This document shows, in pieces, positions 46,065 through 55,302 of a stretch of 64,000 nt of DNA. Under the pieces are notes generated by a model, which saw nothing but the letters and a program-made list of their open reading frames with translations, ran no database searches and was not told the DNA's origin. The stretch lies in contig CAMBUL010000005.1 of NCBI GenBank assembly GCA_945871065.1, positions 1,011 to 65,010 on the forward strand. Direction: 5' to 3'. Position numbers and translations under genes: made by a program. The DNA comes from Chthoniobacter flavus (GTDB taxonomy: Bacteria > Verrucomicrobiota > Verrucomicrobiia > Chthoniobacterales > JACTMZ01). Position 1 is the first letter of the stretch. Each line of letters opens with the position of its first letter.

Positions 46065-47130
46065 CCTTCTCCGCCAGTCCTAATCTTTCCCGCCCGTAGC
46101 TGCGTTCCTCAACCGCCTGGCACCACGTGTTGCTAGCTAGATACCATTCGACCGTGCGGCGGATGCCGGATTCGAAGGACTCGGACGGATTCCAACCCAA
46201 TTCGCGGGTCAGTTTGGAGAAATCCATGGCGTAGCGCAGGTCGTGGCCTGGCCGGTCGGTGACAAAAGTCTTCAGCCGAGTATGCGGGCCAGCCGGATCC
46301 GGACGCAACTCGTCGAGGAGCGCGCAAATCGTATCAACCACATCGATGTTCATCTTCTCCGCCGCACCCCCGATATTGTAGGTCTCCCCGAAGACCCCAC
46401 CTTGCAGCACCGTCCAGATGGCCCGGCAATGGTCTTCGACAAACAGCCAATCACGGATGTTCTCTCCTTTGCCGTAGATGGGCAGCGGCTTACCCTCGAT
46501 CGCATTGCGGATGATCAGCGGGATAAGCTTTTCCGGGAATTGGTAAGGCCCGTAGTTGTTCGAGCAATTCGTCGTCACCACCGGCAGCTTGTGCGTGTGG
46601 AACGCCGCCCTCACCAAAAAGTCACTCGCTGCTTTGCTCGCCGCATAGGGACTGTTCGGTGCGTAGGGGGTATGCTCCGTAAAGGCCGCGTCTCCCGCCT
46701 GCAGGGTACCGTAAACCTCGTCCGTGGAAACATGGAGGAACCGGAACTTCGTCTTCCGCTCATTTCCGAGGTCCTTCCAGTAGCCGCGCACCGCATCGAG
46801 CAACCGCTGAGTTCCAAGAACATTCGTAGTGATAAACGGCTCCGGCGAGTCAATCGAACGATCCACATGCGACTCGGCGGCGAAATTGAGGACGGCGTCA
46901 ATTTGGTTTTCGCGCAATAACTTGGCCACGAGCGCGGCATCTCTGATGTCGCCTTCGACAAACACGTGCCGCGAATCCCCGTCGAGGTCGGCCAGCGAAC
47001 CGCGGTAACCCGCGTAGGTGAGCAAATCTAGATTGACCAGTTTTCCAACTTTCCACCCGGGGGATTGCAAGGCCAAGCGGACAAAGTTTCCTCCGATAAA
47101 TCCGGCGCCGCCGGTGATGAGGAGATTCAT
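46054..47130 (-). CDS. rfbB: dTDP-glucose 4,6-dehydratase
   Basis: The internal ATG at 47130 gives MNLLITGGAGFIGGNFV. YAASKAASD (YxxxK) is present, and similarity to RmlB is visible end to end. The last ~7 codons run into the repeat block. Confidence 0.9.
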   Translation of the reverse strand: MNLLITGGAGFIGGNFVRLALQSPGWKVGKLVNLDLLTYAGYRGSLADLDGDSRHVFVEGDIRDAALVAKLLRENQIDAVLNFAAESHVDRSIDSPEPFITTNVLGTQRLLDAVRGYWKDLGNERKTKFRFLHVSTDEVYGTLQAGDAAFTEHTPYAPNSPYAASKAASDFLVRAAFHTHKLPVVTTNCSNNYGPYQFPEKLIPLIIRNAIEGKPLPIYGKGENIRDWLFVEDHCRAIWTVLQGGVFGETYNIGGAAEKMNIDVVDTICALLDELRPDPAGPHTRLKTFVTDRPGHDLRYAMDFSKLTRELGWNPSESFESGIRRTVEWYLASNTWCQAVEERSYGRERLGLAEKAET

Positions 47131-47180
47131 AAGAAAAGCAACATGTGGATCCGTGACGAGACAGGTCAACCAACGCGGTC

Positions 47181-50100
47181 CTAACTTACCGCAGCCAAAC
47201 GAAGCACACGCCACGCGGCTTCGAGTGAGATGGCCGTGGACATCTTCGAGTCTCCCTCGCGGCGCTCGGTGAAGACGATGGGGACTTCTTTAATCGTGAA
47301 GCCCTGCTTCCACGCGGTGTGGTGCAGTTCGATCTGGAAGGCGTAGCCTTCGGCTTGGACCTTGTCCCAATCGAGATCGCGCAGGACGTCGGCGCGGATC
47401 GCTTTGAATCCGCTCGTCGGGTCGCTCATGGGGAGTGCGGTCAGTGTCCTCACATAAAATCCACCGAACGTGCTGATGAATAGCCGGCTCTGCGGCCAGT
47501 TGAGCACCGAGATGCCGCCGAGGTAACGCGAACCAACCGCGAGGTGGGACCCCTGCTCTAGGGCCTCGAGCAGCTTGGGAATGTCTGTCGGGTCATGCGA
47601 GAGATCGGCGTCCATTTCGACTGCCGCCTGGTAACCGTTTTTGACCGCCCATTGGAATCCACGGCGGTAAGCCGTGCCCAACCCCGCCTTACCTTTACCC
47701 TCGAGCAGGAAAATGCGCTTATTGAACTCGGGGCGGGCGCGAACCACGCCCGCGGTGCCGTCCGGCGACCCGTCATCAACGACCAGAACGTCCGCCTGAC
47801 GCGGGAGTCCGAGGACTAAGTCAATCGCCTTGTTAATCGACTCGCGCTCGTTGTAGGTCGGAATAACCACCACCACCTTGTCAATAGTCCCGACCGGCGG
47901 GGTGATCAGGAGAGTCTGCTTGTTCGCTCCGGTCCACCAATCCTTCCACCGCTTAGGAATGAAAGGCAAGGGCATGATGAGCAACATGCCGAGCACACCG
48001 GCCCACGAAAGGCCGGAAATCCAAACGGCAAGGTCATACCAGCGCGGAGGCGAGAAGACGAATTCGATCGCGCCATTGGTCCGCCCGAGGGGCACGGCCA
48101 TAAGTCCGCCAAAGGCTTTGAAAATCGGAATCTGCGTACCGTCGGAGTAGGCGCGCCAATCCGGGTGCCATGCTTCGGTCACCACCAACCATCCTTCGCG
48201 CGTTCCGAAGGGATCGAAGGACATTCTGGACGGATCTTTCCGCGGCGTGCTGAAGGACACGCGCTGGAACGGAGCGCCCGGACCCTGCGCGTATTTCTGG
48301 GCAATTTGGATTCCGTTTTGCGTCGACCCCGTGCCGGCAAGGAACGGAAAATTGCGTTCGTTCGGTCCGAGTTCGAGCGGCACCGCATTGATTCGTCCTG
48401 CTGCATCAAGAAAGCCCGGCGCCAGCGCCTCCGTGTCCGGGTCCATCGCAATGTATTCCCGCGCGACAAAGGCCGGCGCCAGCGAGTCCTTGTTCTCCAG
48501 CACCCGGATGTATTCCGAGTCGAACCCCGTCGGATAAGCTTGGGCGAAGGCGTTCTGAATCTCCGGTGGCGTGAACGGATCCTTCTTGTCCAGCAGCACA
48601 TGCGAAATCCCCGCCACCCGCATATAAGTCTGCATGGCCCCCGGCGACGAGTTGGCCCCATTGACCAGCCCCCGGATCCCCCGCATCTGGAAATGGCTCC
48701 ACGCTGCCTCGCTATTGATCCCCCGCCCCGACTGCATCGGCGTGCGCAGGTAAAAATACCGTCCGGACATCGGATAGACGCGGCCTTCGATGAGTGATGT
48801 CTTTAAGAAGTCCTGTGAACGATCGAAATCAGTAAAGGTCTGCGCCGGGAGGCCTGGCGCAAAAAACTTCGAAAAATAAGCCGAAGAATCGAGCAAAAGG
48901 ATCACGCCGAGCAGACCAGCGACAACGAGCCGGTCACGCTTCTCGATCAACGAAACAAAAAGCTGCTGCAAAGCAAGCGCCCCCGCCACCGCACCAGCAA
49001 AGAAGCCTACCTCCCAGAAGCCCCACGGTGCACGGATGTCGCGATACATCGGTAACTTCTCCAGCAGCACAAACCCCGGTACGAAAAGGTAGACTAAGAT
49101 GAGCACTGTGGCCCAGATCCCGCGCCGCGGACCCGCCGGCAAAAGGGCATAGATGAGAAAAAACGGGATGAAAGTCATCAACCACATCAACGCCGCAATC
49201 CAATCCGGCGCTTTTTGTGAGCCCTTGAGAAATTCCTGCACCCCGGTGAAGACCGAAAACGGCCCCTGCGAAAGCCACAGCGCCAGCAGCGTCATCCCGA
49301 CAAACAACCGCAGCAGCACGCCATTACGCGTCGCCAGCCACTCCGAGTGCCTGCGCGACCACCAGAACACGGCCCCTACCGCGAACAATGTCACCAATCC
49401 GAGATAAAACTGTCCGCGATCCGCCACAAAATCCGGCCGCATATTGGCGAACAAGCCATTGGCCCGATCGAGCACGGAGGTAAAGTTCTTCAAAGAAAAT
49501 GCCTGCTGCCAGCCAGCGAAGTTGTCGAAAGAAAACGCCGAGACCCACTGGTACTCTCGCGTCAGAGGCAGCAACAGGATAACCGCCATCAAACAAACCA
49601 ACACCAGAGAAACCAGCGTGCCTCTGACGAGAGCGACCCGTCGCTCCGGCTGATCGAGCAAAAGCCAAACAAAGAAGACAGCCGCCATTGGCGCGAACAT
49701 GAAAGTCAGCTTTGCATACGACAGCATCATCGCCGACCAACCGAAGGCCAACCACGCAGAGGCCCGCCAGGAACCCTCCCCGGCAACTTTGAGGAACGCC
49801 CACAAAATCAGCGGCGGGAAGATGTAGGAGTAGCTCCCCATCCAATGCTCGAAGTTGCCGATACGGACGAGCATCTGGCCGCTTAAGACATAGAAAACGG
49901 CGGCAATAGCTCCCGTCCACTCGTTGGACGTGAGCCTCCTCGCGAAGAGGAACATCGTCAGCGCCGCGAGCGGAATGATGAGCAATGCGGCAATTTTGAT
50001 GCCCGCCGGGTCCCCAAAGACAGCCGAACTCATAATACCACAGATCAACGGAACTGCGCAGAGCGCGAAGTTCGCCATGGAATGCCCCTGCATGAAGTTG

Positions 50101-50312
50101 GCGCTCCACCACGGGATGCCGTCGGTCGTCCGGAAGTTGTGCACGACTTCGTTCAAAAACCGTCCCCCCCCCCCATACAACTCCTCTTGAGACGGAGTCT
50201 GCGACAACCAACCGAAGCCTAAGACCACGCAATAGAGCGCCACAAATGTGGCAAGGAAGATCTTGGCCGAGTTTGCCCCAGCGTGCGCTTTGGGTGTGGA
50301 TTTAACTAACAT
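47181..50312 (-). CDS. fusion: YfhO-like GT-C polytopic membrane glycosyltransferase domain + C-terminal polyprenyl/dolichyl-phosphate mannosyltransferase-type GT2 (Ppm1/DPM1-like)
   Basis: 1043 aa. Residues 1 to ~790 comprise many TM helices, a ~280-aa soluble segment ending with the YfhO-type pattern TEAWHPDWRAYSDGTQIPIFKAFGGLMAVPLGRTNGAIEFVFSPP, and a last TM. Residues ~800-1043 carry VVVIPTYNERESI, VVDDGSPDGT, EMDADLSHDP, GSRYLGG, DPTSGFK, GYAFQIE and PIVFTERREGDSKM. Confidence 0.75.
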   Translation of the reverse strand: MLVKSTPKAHAGANSAKIFLATFVALYCVVLGFGWLSQTPSQEELYGGGGRFLNEVVHNFRTTDGIPWWSANFMQGHSMANFALCAVPLICGIMSSAVFGDPAGIKIAALLIIPLAALTMFLFARRLTSNEWTGAIAAVFYVLSGQMLVRIGNFEHWMGSYSYIFPPLILWAFLKVAGEGSWRASAWLAFGWSAMMLSYAKLTFMFAPMAAVFFVWLLLDQPERRVALVRGTLVSLVLVCLMAVILLLPLTREYQWVSAFSFDNFAGWQQAFSLKNFTSVLDRANGLFANMRPDFVADRGQFYLGLVTLFAVGAVFWWSRRHSEWLATRNGVLLRLFVGMTLLALWLSQGPFSVFTGVQEFLKGSQKAPDWIAALMWLMTFIPFFLIYALLPAGPRRGIWATVLILVYLFVPGFVLLEKLPMYRDIRAPWGFWEVGFFAGAVAGALALQQLFVSLIEKRDRLVVAGLLGVILLLDSSAYFSKFFAPGLPAQTFTDFDRSQDFLKTSLIEGRVYPMSGRYFYLRTPMQSGRGINSEAAWSHFQMRGIRGLVNGANSSPGAMQTYMRVAGISHVLLDKKDPFTPPEIQNAFAQAYPTGFDSEYIRVLENKDSLAPAFVAREYIAMDPDTEALAPGFLDAAGRINAVPLELGPNERNFPFLAGTGSTQNGIQIAQKYAQGPGAPFQRVSFSTPRKDPSRMSFDPFGTREGWLVVTEAWHPDWRAYSDGTQIPIFKAFGGLMAVPLGRTNGAIEFVFSPPRWYDLAVWISGLSWAGVLGMLLIMPLPFIPKRWKDWWTGANKQTLLITPPVGTIDKVVVVIPTYNERESINKAIDLVLGLPRQADVLVVDDGSPDGTAGVVRARPEFNKRIFLLEGKGKAGLGTAYRRGFQWAVKNGYQAAVEMDADLSHDPTDIPKLLEALEQGSHLAVGSRYLGGISVLNWPQSRLFISTFGGFYVRTLTALPMSDPTSGFKAIRADVLRDLDWDKVQAEGYAFQIELHHTAWKQGFTIKEVPIVFTERREGDSKMSTAISLEAAWRVLRLAAVS

Positions 50313-50327
50313 GCTGTTGCGGCTTCT

Positions 50328-51164
50328 TCAGAGGCTGGTAAGGAAACCTGTCAAAGTGTCCGAAGACGGTGAAAATCTCCAGCGAGAACAGTCGGATGGC
50401 GCGGCAATGCCCAAAGTTCCGAAATTCGGTACGGGATCAAAAAGGTCGGATCCTCCGAGTTTGTCCGCGTGGACCAAGCTCTCGGAGACCCCCAGCACTG
50501 AGGCCAACCTACGGGCTGCAGCGAAGTAGGAAAAATCGCGGTCTCCCGAGATGTGGAAGGTTCCGGACCGGAAATTCCGAGCCAACTCCGCAAGGGCTAC
50601 GCAGACCTCGACGAGTGGAACAGGGGAAAAAGGGAGCTCTGAAGACGCGGAGACATTGCGCCCCGCGAGCAAACTTTCTTTCCACGTCGCAAAACGCGGC
50701 CCGAGCGTCTCGACCACTTTTGTCAGGCGAACGCAGGCGAATTGCGGCCCCTTTAGCTTCTCCTCCATGCGGGCTTTTTGCCGCCCGTATTCGCAACACG
50801 GCCTCAAGGAATCGCCAGCCGTCGGGAACGGTAGCCTGCCGTCCGAAACCAAGTTCGTGGAAAGCGCAATGACCGATCCTCCAGCAGCGGCGATTTTTTG
50901 CGCGATTTCAACCGCACCCTCGACATTGATCCTCGAGGTTCCCATTGGATCATCCGCGCACTCCCTCAAACCGCCAATTCCTGCGCAGATGACGGCCGTC
51001 TTCACATTTTGCGGAACAGCAAAAGATTCCGGCTGCTCCAAGTCCAGAATGACCGCATCGCGTCGCTGTTTGCGGCTGGTGCCAACCACGGTTTCGCCCG
51101 CCTCAGCCAAAAACCGGCACAGGGCACCGCCGATCAGCCCATCAGTTCCGACGACGAGAATCAC
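50328..51164 (-). CDS. NAD(P)-dependent sugar epimerase/reductase (extended SDR, RmlD-like)
   Basis: MILVVGTDGLIGGAL Rossmann start and YGRQK (YxxxK); 278 aa. Confidence 0.65.
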   Translation of the reverse strand: MILVVGTDGLIGGALCRFLAEAGETVVGTSRKQRRDAVILDLEQPESFAVPQNVKTAVICAGIGGLRECADDPMGTSRINVEGAVEIAQKIAAAGGSVIALSTNLVSDGRLPFPTAGDSLRPCCEYGRQKARMEEKLKGPQFACVRLTKVVETLGPRFATWKESLLAGRNVSASSELPFSPVPLVEVCVALAELARNFRSGTFHISGDRDFSYFAAARRLASVLGVSESLVHADKLGGSDLFDPVPNFGTLGIAAPSDCSRWRFSPSSDTLTGFLTSL

Positions 51165-52333
51165 AAGGCGTCGAGCAGTTTGACCGCGTGAAAACGCGCA
51201 GCGGCGTCGCGATATTTTCCGGCTAACCGCTTGGAAACTGCCGGCGCCATACCGACGAAGACATCCGAGCCTTCCGCAGCGTCACCCGGGGATATAATCG
51301 GGATGCCGAGATGCTTTGCCCCGATGCGGCTCGGATCTTCATCGACGAAAAACTCCACCTCCATATCGGGAGCTCCCGCCAGCCATGTGCCCGCCACTGC
51401 CGTGCCGAAAATGCCGAAGTTGGCGGCGTTCTGACGGAGGGCTTGCGCTTGGTGCCTCACCCCCCGCAACCAGGACAGTCGTTCATCCAGTCGCGATTCG
51501 ACCTCCTCGTCCGCTTTGTTACTCGCAGTGCAATCGCCGCCCGCTCTGGCCAGAAGGGTGAGCTCTTTCGGAACCACTTGACCCGGGGTCACAACCGGCT
51601 CCCATCCCGCCCTACGCGCCACCCGCTCGAGAATCGCGGGGGTAAAGTGGGTGGCGTGATCGGCGATCGCCAAAGCGAAAGGGTTCTCCGACCAGTCCGG
51701 CACCTGAACGAGCAACAGCGCGCCATTGCGCGCACGGCGTCGCAATGCCTCGAGGCACGCCACCGGGTCCTCGATGTGTTCTAACACGTGAACCATCGAT
51801 ATAGCGTCATATTCACCCGATAACTTATCGAACCGCGCCGTCTGGAGCCCCTTGAACCGCGGTAACTGCTGCAACATTCGCGCGTTGCGGTCGTCGAACT
51901 CCGTACCGCTCAGGCTCCACTCCTGGAACTGACCTGTAAACTCGCGCAAGAAAGCTCCCCGCCCGCAACCGACATCCAGCACCTCGCCTCGGGGCGACAA
52001 AAGACCGAGCGAAGCCAGCCATCCGATGATAACGCGCGACCGCGCACTCATTCCATCGCTATCAAGTACTTTTTGTTCCTCGCCACCTGCTGCGGCATAA
52101 GTGTCGTAGTCACGGTAAATTTTTTCCACGCTCCCACGCCATGCTTCGTTGATTGGCGCCTGCACCGCGCTGCAGGCAGGGCACACGAAAATCCGCACCT
52201 TTTCGTTCCATGGCCGGCAATCCGAGGTCACTCCCGATTCAAGCGAGTAAATCGCCGCGGTTGTTCCGGCTTCTGCCGAGCAGTGGTGACACTTCAAGGT
52301 TTCGCAATCCATCGCCTTCCTTCCGTCATCCAA
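51161..52333 (-). CDS. class I SAM-dependent methyltransferase with N-terminal zinc ribbon and C-terminal extra domain (NDP-sugar C-methyltransferase-like architecture)
   Basis: CHHCSAE...CPACSAVQ zinc ribbon, LDVGCGRGAFLREF motif I, and a ~120-aa C-terminal domain. Confidence 0.7.
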   Translation of the reverse strand: MDDGRKAMDCETLKCHHCSAEAGTTAAIYSLESGVTSDCRPWNEKVRIFVCPACSAVQAPINEAWRGSVEKIYRDYDTYAAAGGEEQKVLDSDGMSARSRVIIGWLASLGLLSPRGEVLDVGCGRGAFLREFTGQFQEWSLSGTEFDDRNARMLQQLPRFKGLQTARFDKLSGEYDAISMVHVLEHIEDPVACLEALRRRARNGALLLVQVPDWSENPFALAIADHATHFTPAILERVARRAGWEPVVTPGQVVPKELTLLARAGGDCTASNKADEEVESRLDERLSWLRGVRHQAQALRQNAANFGIFGTAVAGTWLAGAPDMEVEFFVDEDPSRIGAKHLGIPIISPGDAAEGSDVFVGMAPAVSKRLAGKYRDAAARFHAVKLLDAL

Positions 52334-53336
52334 GAAACTCGCCCGCGCGTTCCATTACGCTCCCAGCTTTGGTAATCTGCCGCTCGATTGCTCCCGCACC
52401 TGTTTCTTCGCCGGCAAAGCGGCGCCGCTTTGCGGCGTCATTAGCCGCCGGTCCGAGCAAAATTACCGCCCACTTCGCGGCGAAGAACGGCAGCCATGCG
52501 CGAACCCGGTCGTGCAAATCCGGCCACGCCCTGAGTTCCGCGCACAACCCCGGAAGCAACTTCCAATCCACCGGCTTTTCCGGTTGAAGAAAAATATCAG
52601 CGACCGTTTTCACGGGGTCGTCCCACCCCGAATACTCGAAATCGAAAAACACGATGGTGCCGTCCGCGCCGCGGATGGCGTTGTGCAAACCGAAATCTCC
52701 AGGCGAAAAGATATGTCTACGGTCCATGGAGCGAAACTCTGCTTTGCTATTGGCCGCAAGAGATTGTCGGACCCGCGTAACAAAAGGAGCCAAGCTTGAA
52801 TCGAGAAAATGCGTCAGGACAGGGGCTTGAGACGCGGTGTTTTGGAGCTTGGCAATGCGCCGCTCGAGCAATTGGAAGTGCTCGGCTGTGGAGAAACACG
52901 CTTCGCTTGCCATGAAGGGAACCCCCTCCGCCGGAATCGGTTCGTTGACTCCGGCCAAGAAGCCCGCGACAGCAGCAATCTCTTTATCTCCGATTGATTC
53001 GCCGACCGGTTCGCCCTCGATCCAGCTAAGCAGCGAGACTCCGAGCTGGTGATCACAGTCCAGCAAATGCGGAGCGGCTACATCCCGCTTCGCGACGATT
53101 TCGTAAAAGGCACGCTCTGCGGCAAAACGATCGCGGCGGTCCTCGTAGCCACGATAGTAGACCTTGAGGGCCGCCGATCCGCTCTGGCCGCGAAGTTTGA
53201 AGATCCTGTTGTTTCGTCCCCCTGAGACCCTTTCGGGCTTGGAGTACCCTTTGCTTTCCGCCCAGGCCGCCACTCCCGGCGAAAGATCATCAATTGCTAT
53301 CACTGGTCTAGCAAAAGCCTCGCGACATCTTCCCAA
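52326..53336 (-). CDS. aminoglycoside/choline-kinase-like phosphotransferase (APH family)
   Basis: Catalytic-loop-like SPGDFGLHNAI and FFDFEYSGWDDP. An alternative GTG start at 53303 would overlap the HAD stop as GTGA. Confidence 0.7.
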   Translation of the reverse strand: MGRCREAFARPVIAIDDLSPGVAAWAESKGYSKPERVSGGRNNRIFKLRGQSGSAALKVYYRGYEDRRDRFAAERAFYEIVAKRDVAAPHLLDCDHQLGVSLLSWIEGEPVGESIGDKEIAAVAGFLAGVNEPIPAEGVPFMASEACFSTAEHFQLLERRIAKLQNTASQAPVLTHFLDSSLAPFVTRVRQSLAANSKAEFRSMDRRHIFSPGDFGLHNAIRGADGTIVFFDFEYSGWDDPVKTVADIFLQPEKPVDWKLLPGLCAELRAWPDLHDRVRAWLPFFAAKWAVILLGPAANDAAKRRRFAGEETGAGAIERQITKAGSVMERAGEFLG

Positions 53337-53884
53337 GCGCCAACTCTCTCCGTCCCTCCAAACTCCCCTGCCCCCGATGGACTGAAGTGCAACTTCCTCG
53401 TTTTGGCCGGGAAATCAGGCCGGCCGAGGAACTCGGGCAAATCATCGATGAACACGTCACAACCTAGGGCAGTGATTCGCGCGGCTTTGTCGGCGGCAGT
53501 CTCCTCGAGAAAAACAGAAGCCAATCGATCAATACCCCGATCACGAACCCATTTTTGGGCCGCGGCATGCAGATCGACCGGATCGCCAAGAAACGGCTGC
53601 TTGGTTCGGTGACTGACAATACAGAGTGCGTGGCCGCGATCGCGCGCGCAGGCCATGAATTCAAGCGCGCCCTCGAACGGCTGTGCTCTATCCATTCGCG
53701 ACCCATAGGCCTTTCCCTGCATCAATGTCCACTCGTCCTCGCGATTTTGCTGCCTCAAATAATCCCGAATAGCCTGTTTACCGGCCGAAGCCACATGCCC
53801 AGGCAGCTCAAGCTCCGAGGCGAGACGCTCGAACACCCCGTCGTAGCAGACAATGGTATTATCAAGATCGATCCCGATCAGCAT
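53300..53884 (-). CDS. HAD-superfamily hydrolase/phosphatase
   Basis: DxDxT motif at the N-terminus (MLIGIDLDNTIV), SHRT, and a C-terminal FIDD. Confidence 0.7.
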   Translation of the reverse strand: MLIGIDLDNTIVCYDGVFERLASELELPGHVASAGKQAIRDYLRQQNREDEWTLMQGKAYGSRMDRAQPFEGALEFMACARDRGHALCIVSHRTKQPFLGDPVDLHAAAQKWVRDRGIDRLASVFLEETAADKAARITALGCDVFIDDLPEFLGRPDFPAKTRKLHFSPSGAGEFGGTERVGAWEDVARLLLDQ

Positions 53885-54651
53885 TGTCCGTAAAGGGTCT
53901 TGGAGATCCGACGAATGGCGACGTTTTGCAGCGAGTGAGCAACCGACGCCAGATTTCGCATGGTCAGTGCTTTGGATTCGCCCGTCAGTCGCTCGTTCCC
54001 GTAGACCGGCACTTCCTCGTAGGTCAGGTTTTTGGAGAGCAAGCGAGTCAGTAGGTCCGCCTGGAATCCAAAACCGTGCGAATTCGAGTGCCAGCGGCGG
54101 ACGTAATCGGTGCGCGTGACAAGCAGCCCGTTGTAGTAATGCATCCGATAGCCGCTGATCGCGTTGACCAAAGCCGTGTAGGTTTTCGAAAGCAACCGAC
54201 GAAAGATGCCACGTCCACGAATCTCCACCGTGTAGGGAACCACGACTTCGGTCTTCCCCACCGCCTTGAAGATGGTTTCGAGCGTCTCGACTGGTTCGAC
54301 ATTGTCACCGCAGATCATGCGATACCACTCGCCCTTGGCTCGGAAGGCCGCCTCAGCATAGTTGTTGGCCACGCCCTCATTGTGTCCGTTGAGTAACAGG
54401 CGCACAGGCAACTCTGGATGCTCAGCCATGAACTTCCTGACGCGCGGCACAGTCTCATCCTTCGATGCGTCGTCGACAACGATGATGTCGAATGACGGCA
54501 CCGTCTTCCGCAGGGCTTCAACCAGCGTTTCAAGGGTGCCAATGATGTTGTCTTGCTCGTTGTAGCAGGCGACAAAAAGACTCAAAAACACAGGAGGCTT
54601 CAGCGCTGCCGCCGCAGGCGTCGCTTCTTCCTTGGGACCGAAGGGTATCAT
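53878..54651 (-). CDS. glycosyltransferase family 2
   Basis: LSLFVACYNEQDNI and IIVVDDASKDET; 257 aa. Confidence 0.8.
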   Translation of the reverse strand: MIPFGPKEEATPAAAALKPPVFLSLFVACYNEQDNIIGTLETLVEALRKTVPSFDIIVVDDASKDETVPRVRKFMAEHPELPVRLLLNGHNEGVANNYAEAAFRAKGEWYRMICGDNVEPVETLETIFKAVGKTEVVVPYTVEIRGRGIFRRLLSKTYTALVNAISGYRMHYYNGLLVTRTDYVRRWHSNSHGFGFQADLLTRLLSKNLTYEEVPVYGNERLTGESKALTMRNLASVAHSLQNVAIRRISKTLYGQC

Positions 54652-55193
54652 GGCGCCGAATCAAACTCGCTTTCGCGTCGTAGGACGAACTTTTTCAAGC
54701 CGAAAACCATCTTGGCGACTGGAACCAAGCGCGGGTTCACCAGCTTCCAGCGTCCATTTTCCCGGATGACGTCCCCACCCTCGAGCAAACGCTGGAGCCG
54801 CGCCTCTTTGATCAGCTCGTCGTCGTAAACCGCGCGCAATTCCTCGCGGGTGATGAATCCGCCGCGGTCGTCGCACTCCTTGAAGATGCGGATGCGGATC
54901 GACGCGTGCCCCAGGTTGATAAAGTTGTAAAAGCAGTACGCCAGCATCACGTAAATGGCCGGATTGGCGACGAGCGCCAGAGCCCAGCGGTCCAAATTGC
55001 GCGGAAATACCAGCAGCAACACTGCCTGAAGAGCAAGCACAACCAGCAGACCGACGACAAGTCCGACGACAACCGAGCCAAAAAACTGCTCACCGCGGCG
55101 CAGACGCAGAACGACCGCCTGGACCACGACCATCACCGCCAAAGCCACAATCGGGCTCAGCAAATAAAACCATTCGGGAAAAATAGCTGACAT
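54648..55193 (-). CDS. hypothetical membrane protein (3-4 TM + ~70-aa cytoplasmic C-terminal domain), paralog of 55303-55827
   Basis: The start was taken at ATG 55193 (MSAIFPEWFYLL); the ORF extends to 55235. It is colinear with, and weakly similar to, the neighbouring gene product. Confidence 0.5.
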   Translation of the reverse strand: MSAIFPEWFYLLSPIVALAVMVVVQAVVLRLRRGEQFFGSVVVGLVVGLLVVLALQAVLLLVFPRNLDRWALALVANPAIYVMLAYCFYNFINLGHASIRIRIFKECDDRGGFITREELRAVYDDELIKEARLQRLLEGGDVIRENGRWKLVNPRLVPVAKMVFGLKKFVLRRESEFDSAP

Positions 55194-55200
55194 TGTGGAA

Positions 55201-55290
55201 GAGGGATGAAGGCTGAGACCTGAAACTTGGGTCAAATAAAGGCAGCTGGAGGCTGGAGCAACTCACTCAAGCCTCAAACTCAAGTCTCAT
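55201..55290. repeat. ~90-nt intergenic repeat element, copy B
   Basis: See copy A. It lies between the two paralogous membrane-protein genes, 8 nt upstream of the start codon at 55193. Confidence 0.7.
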
Positions 55291-55302
55291 CCCTTTCTTT
55301 TT

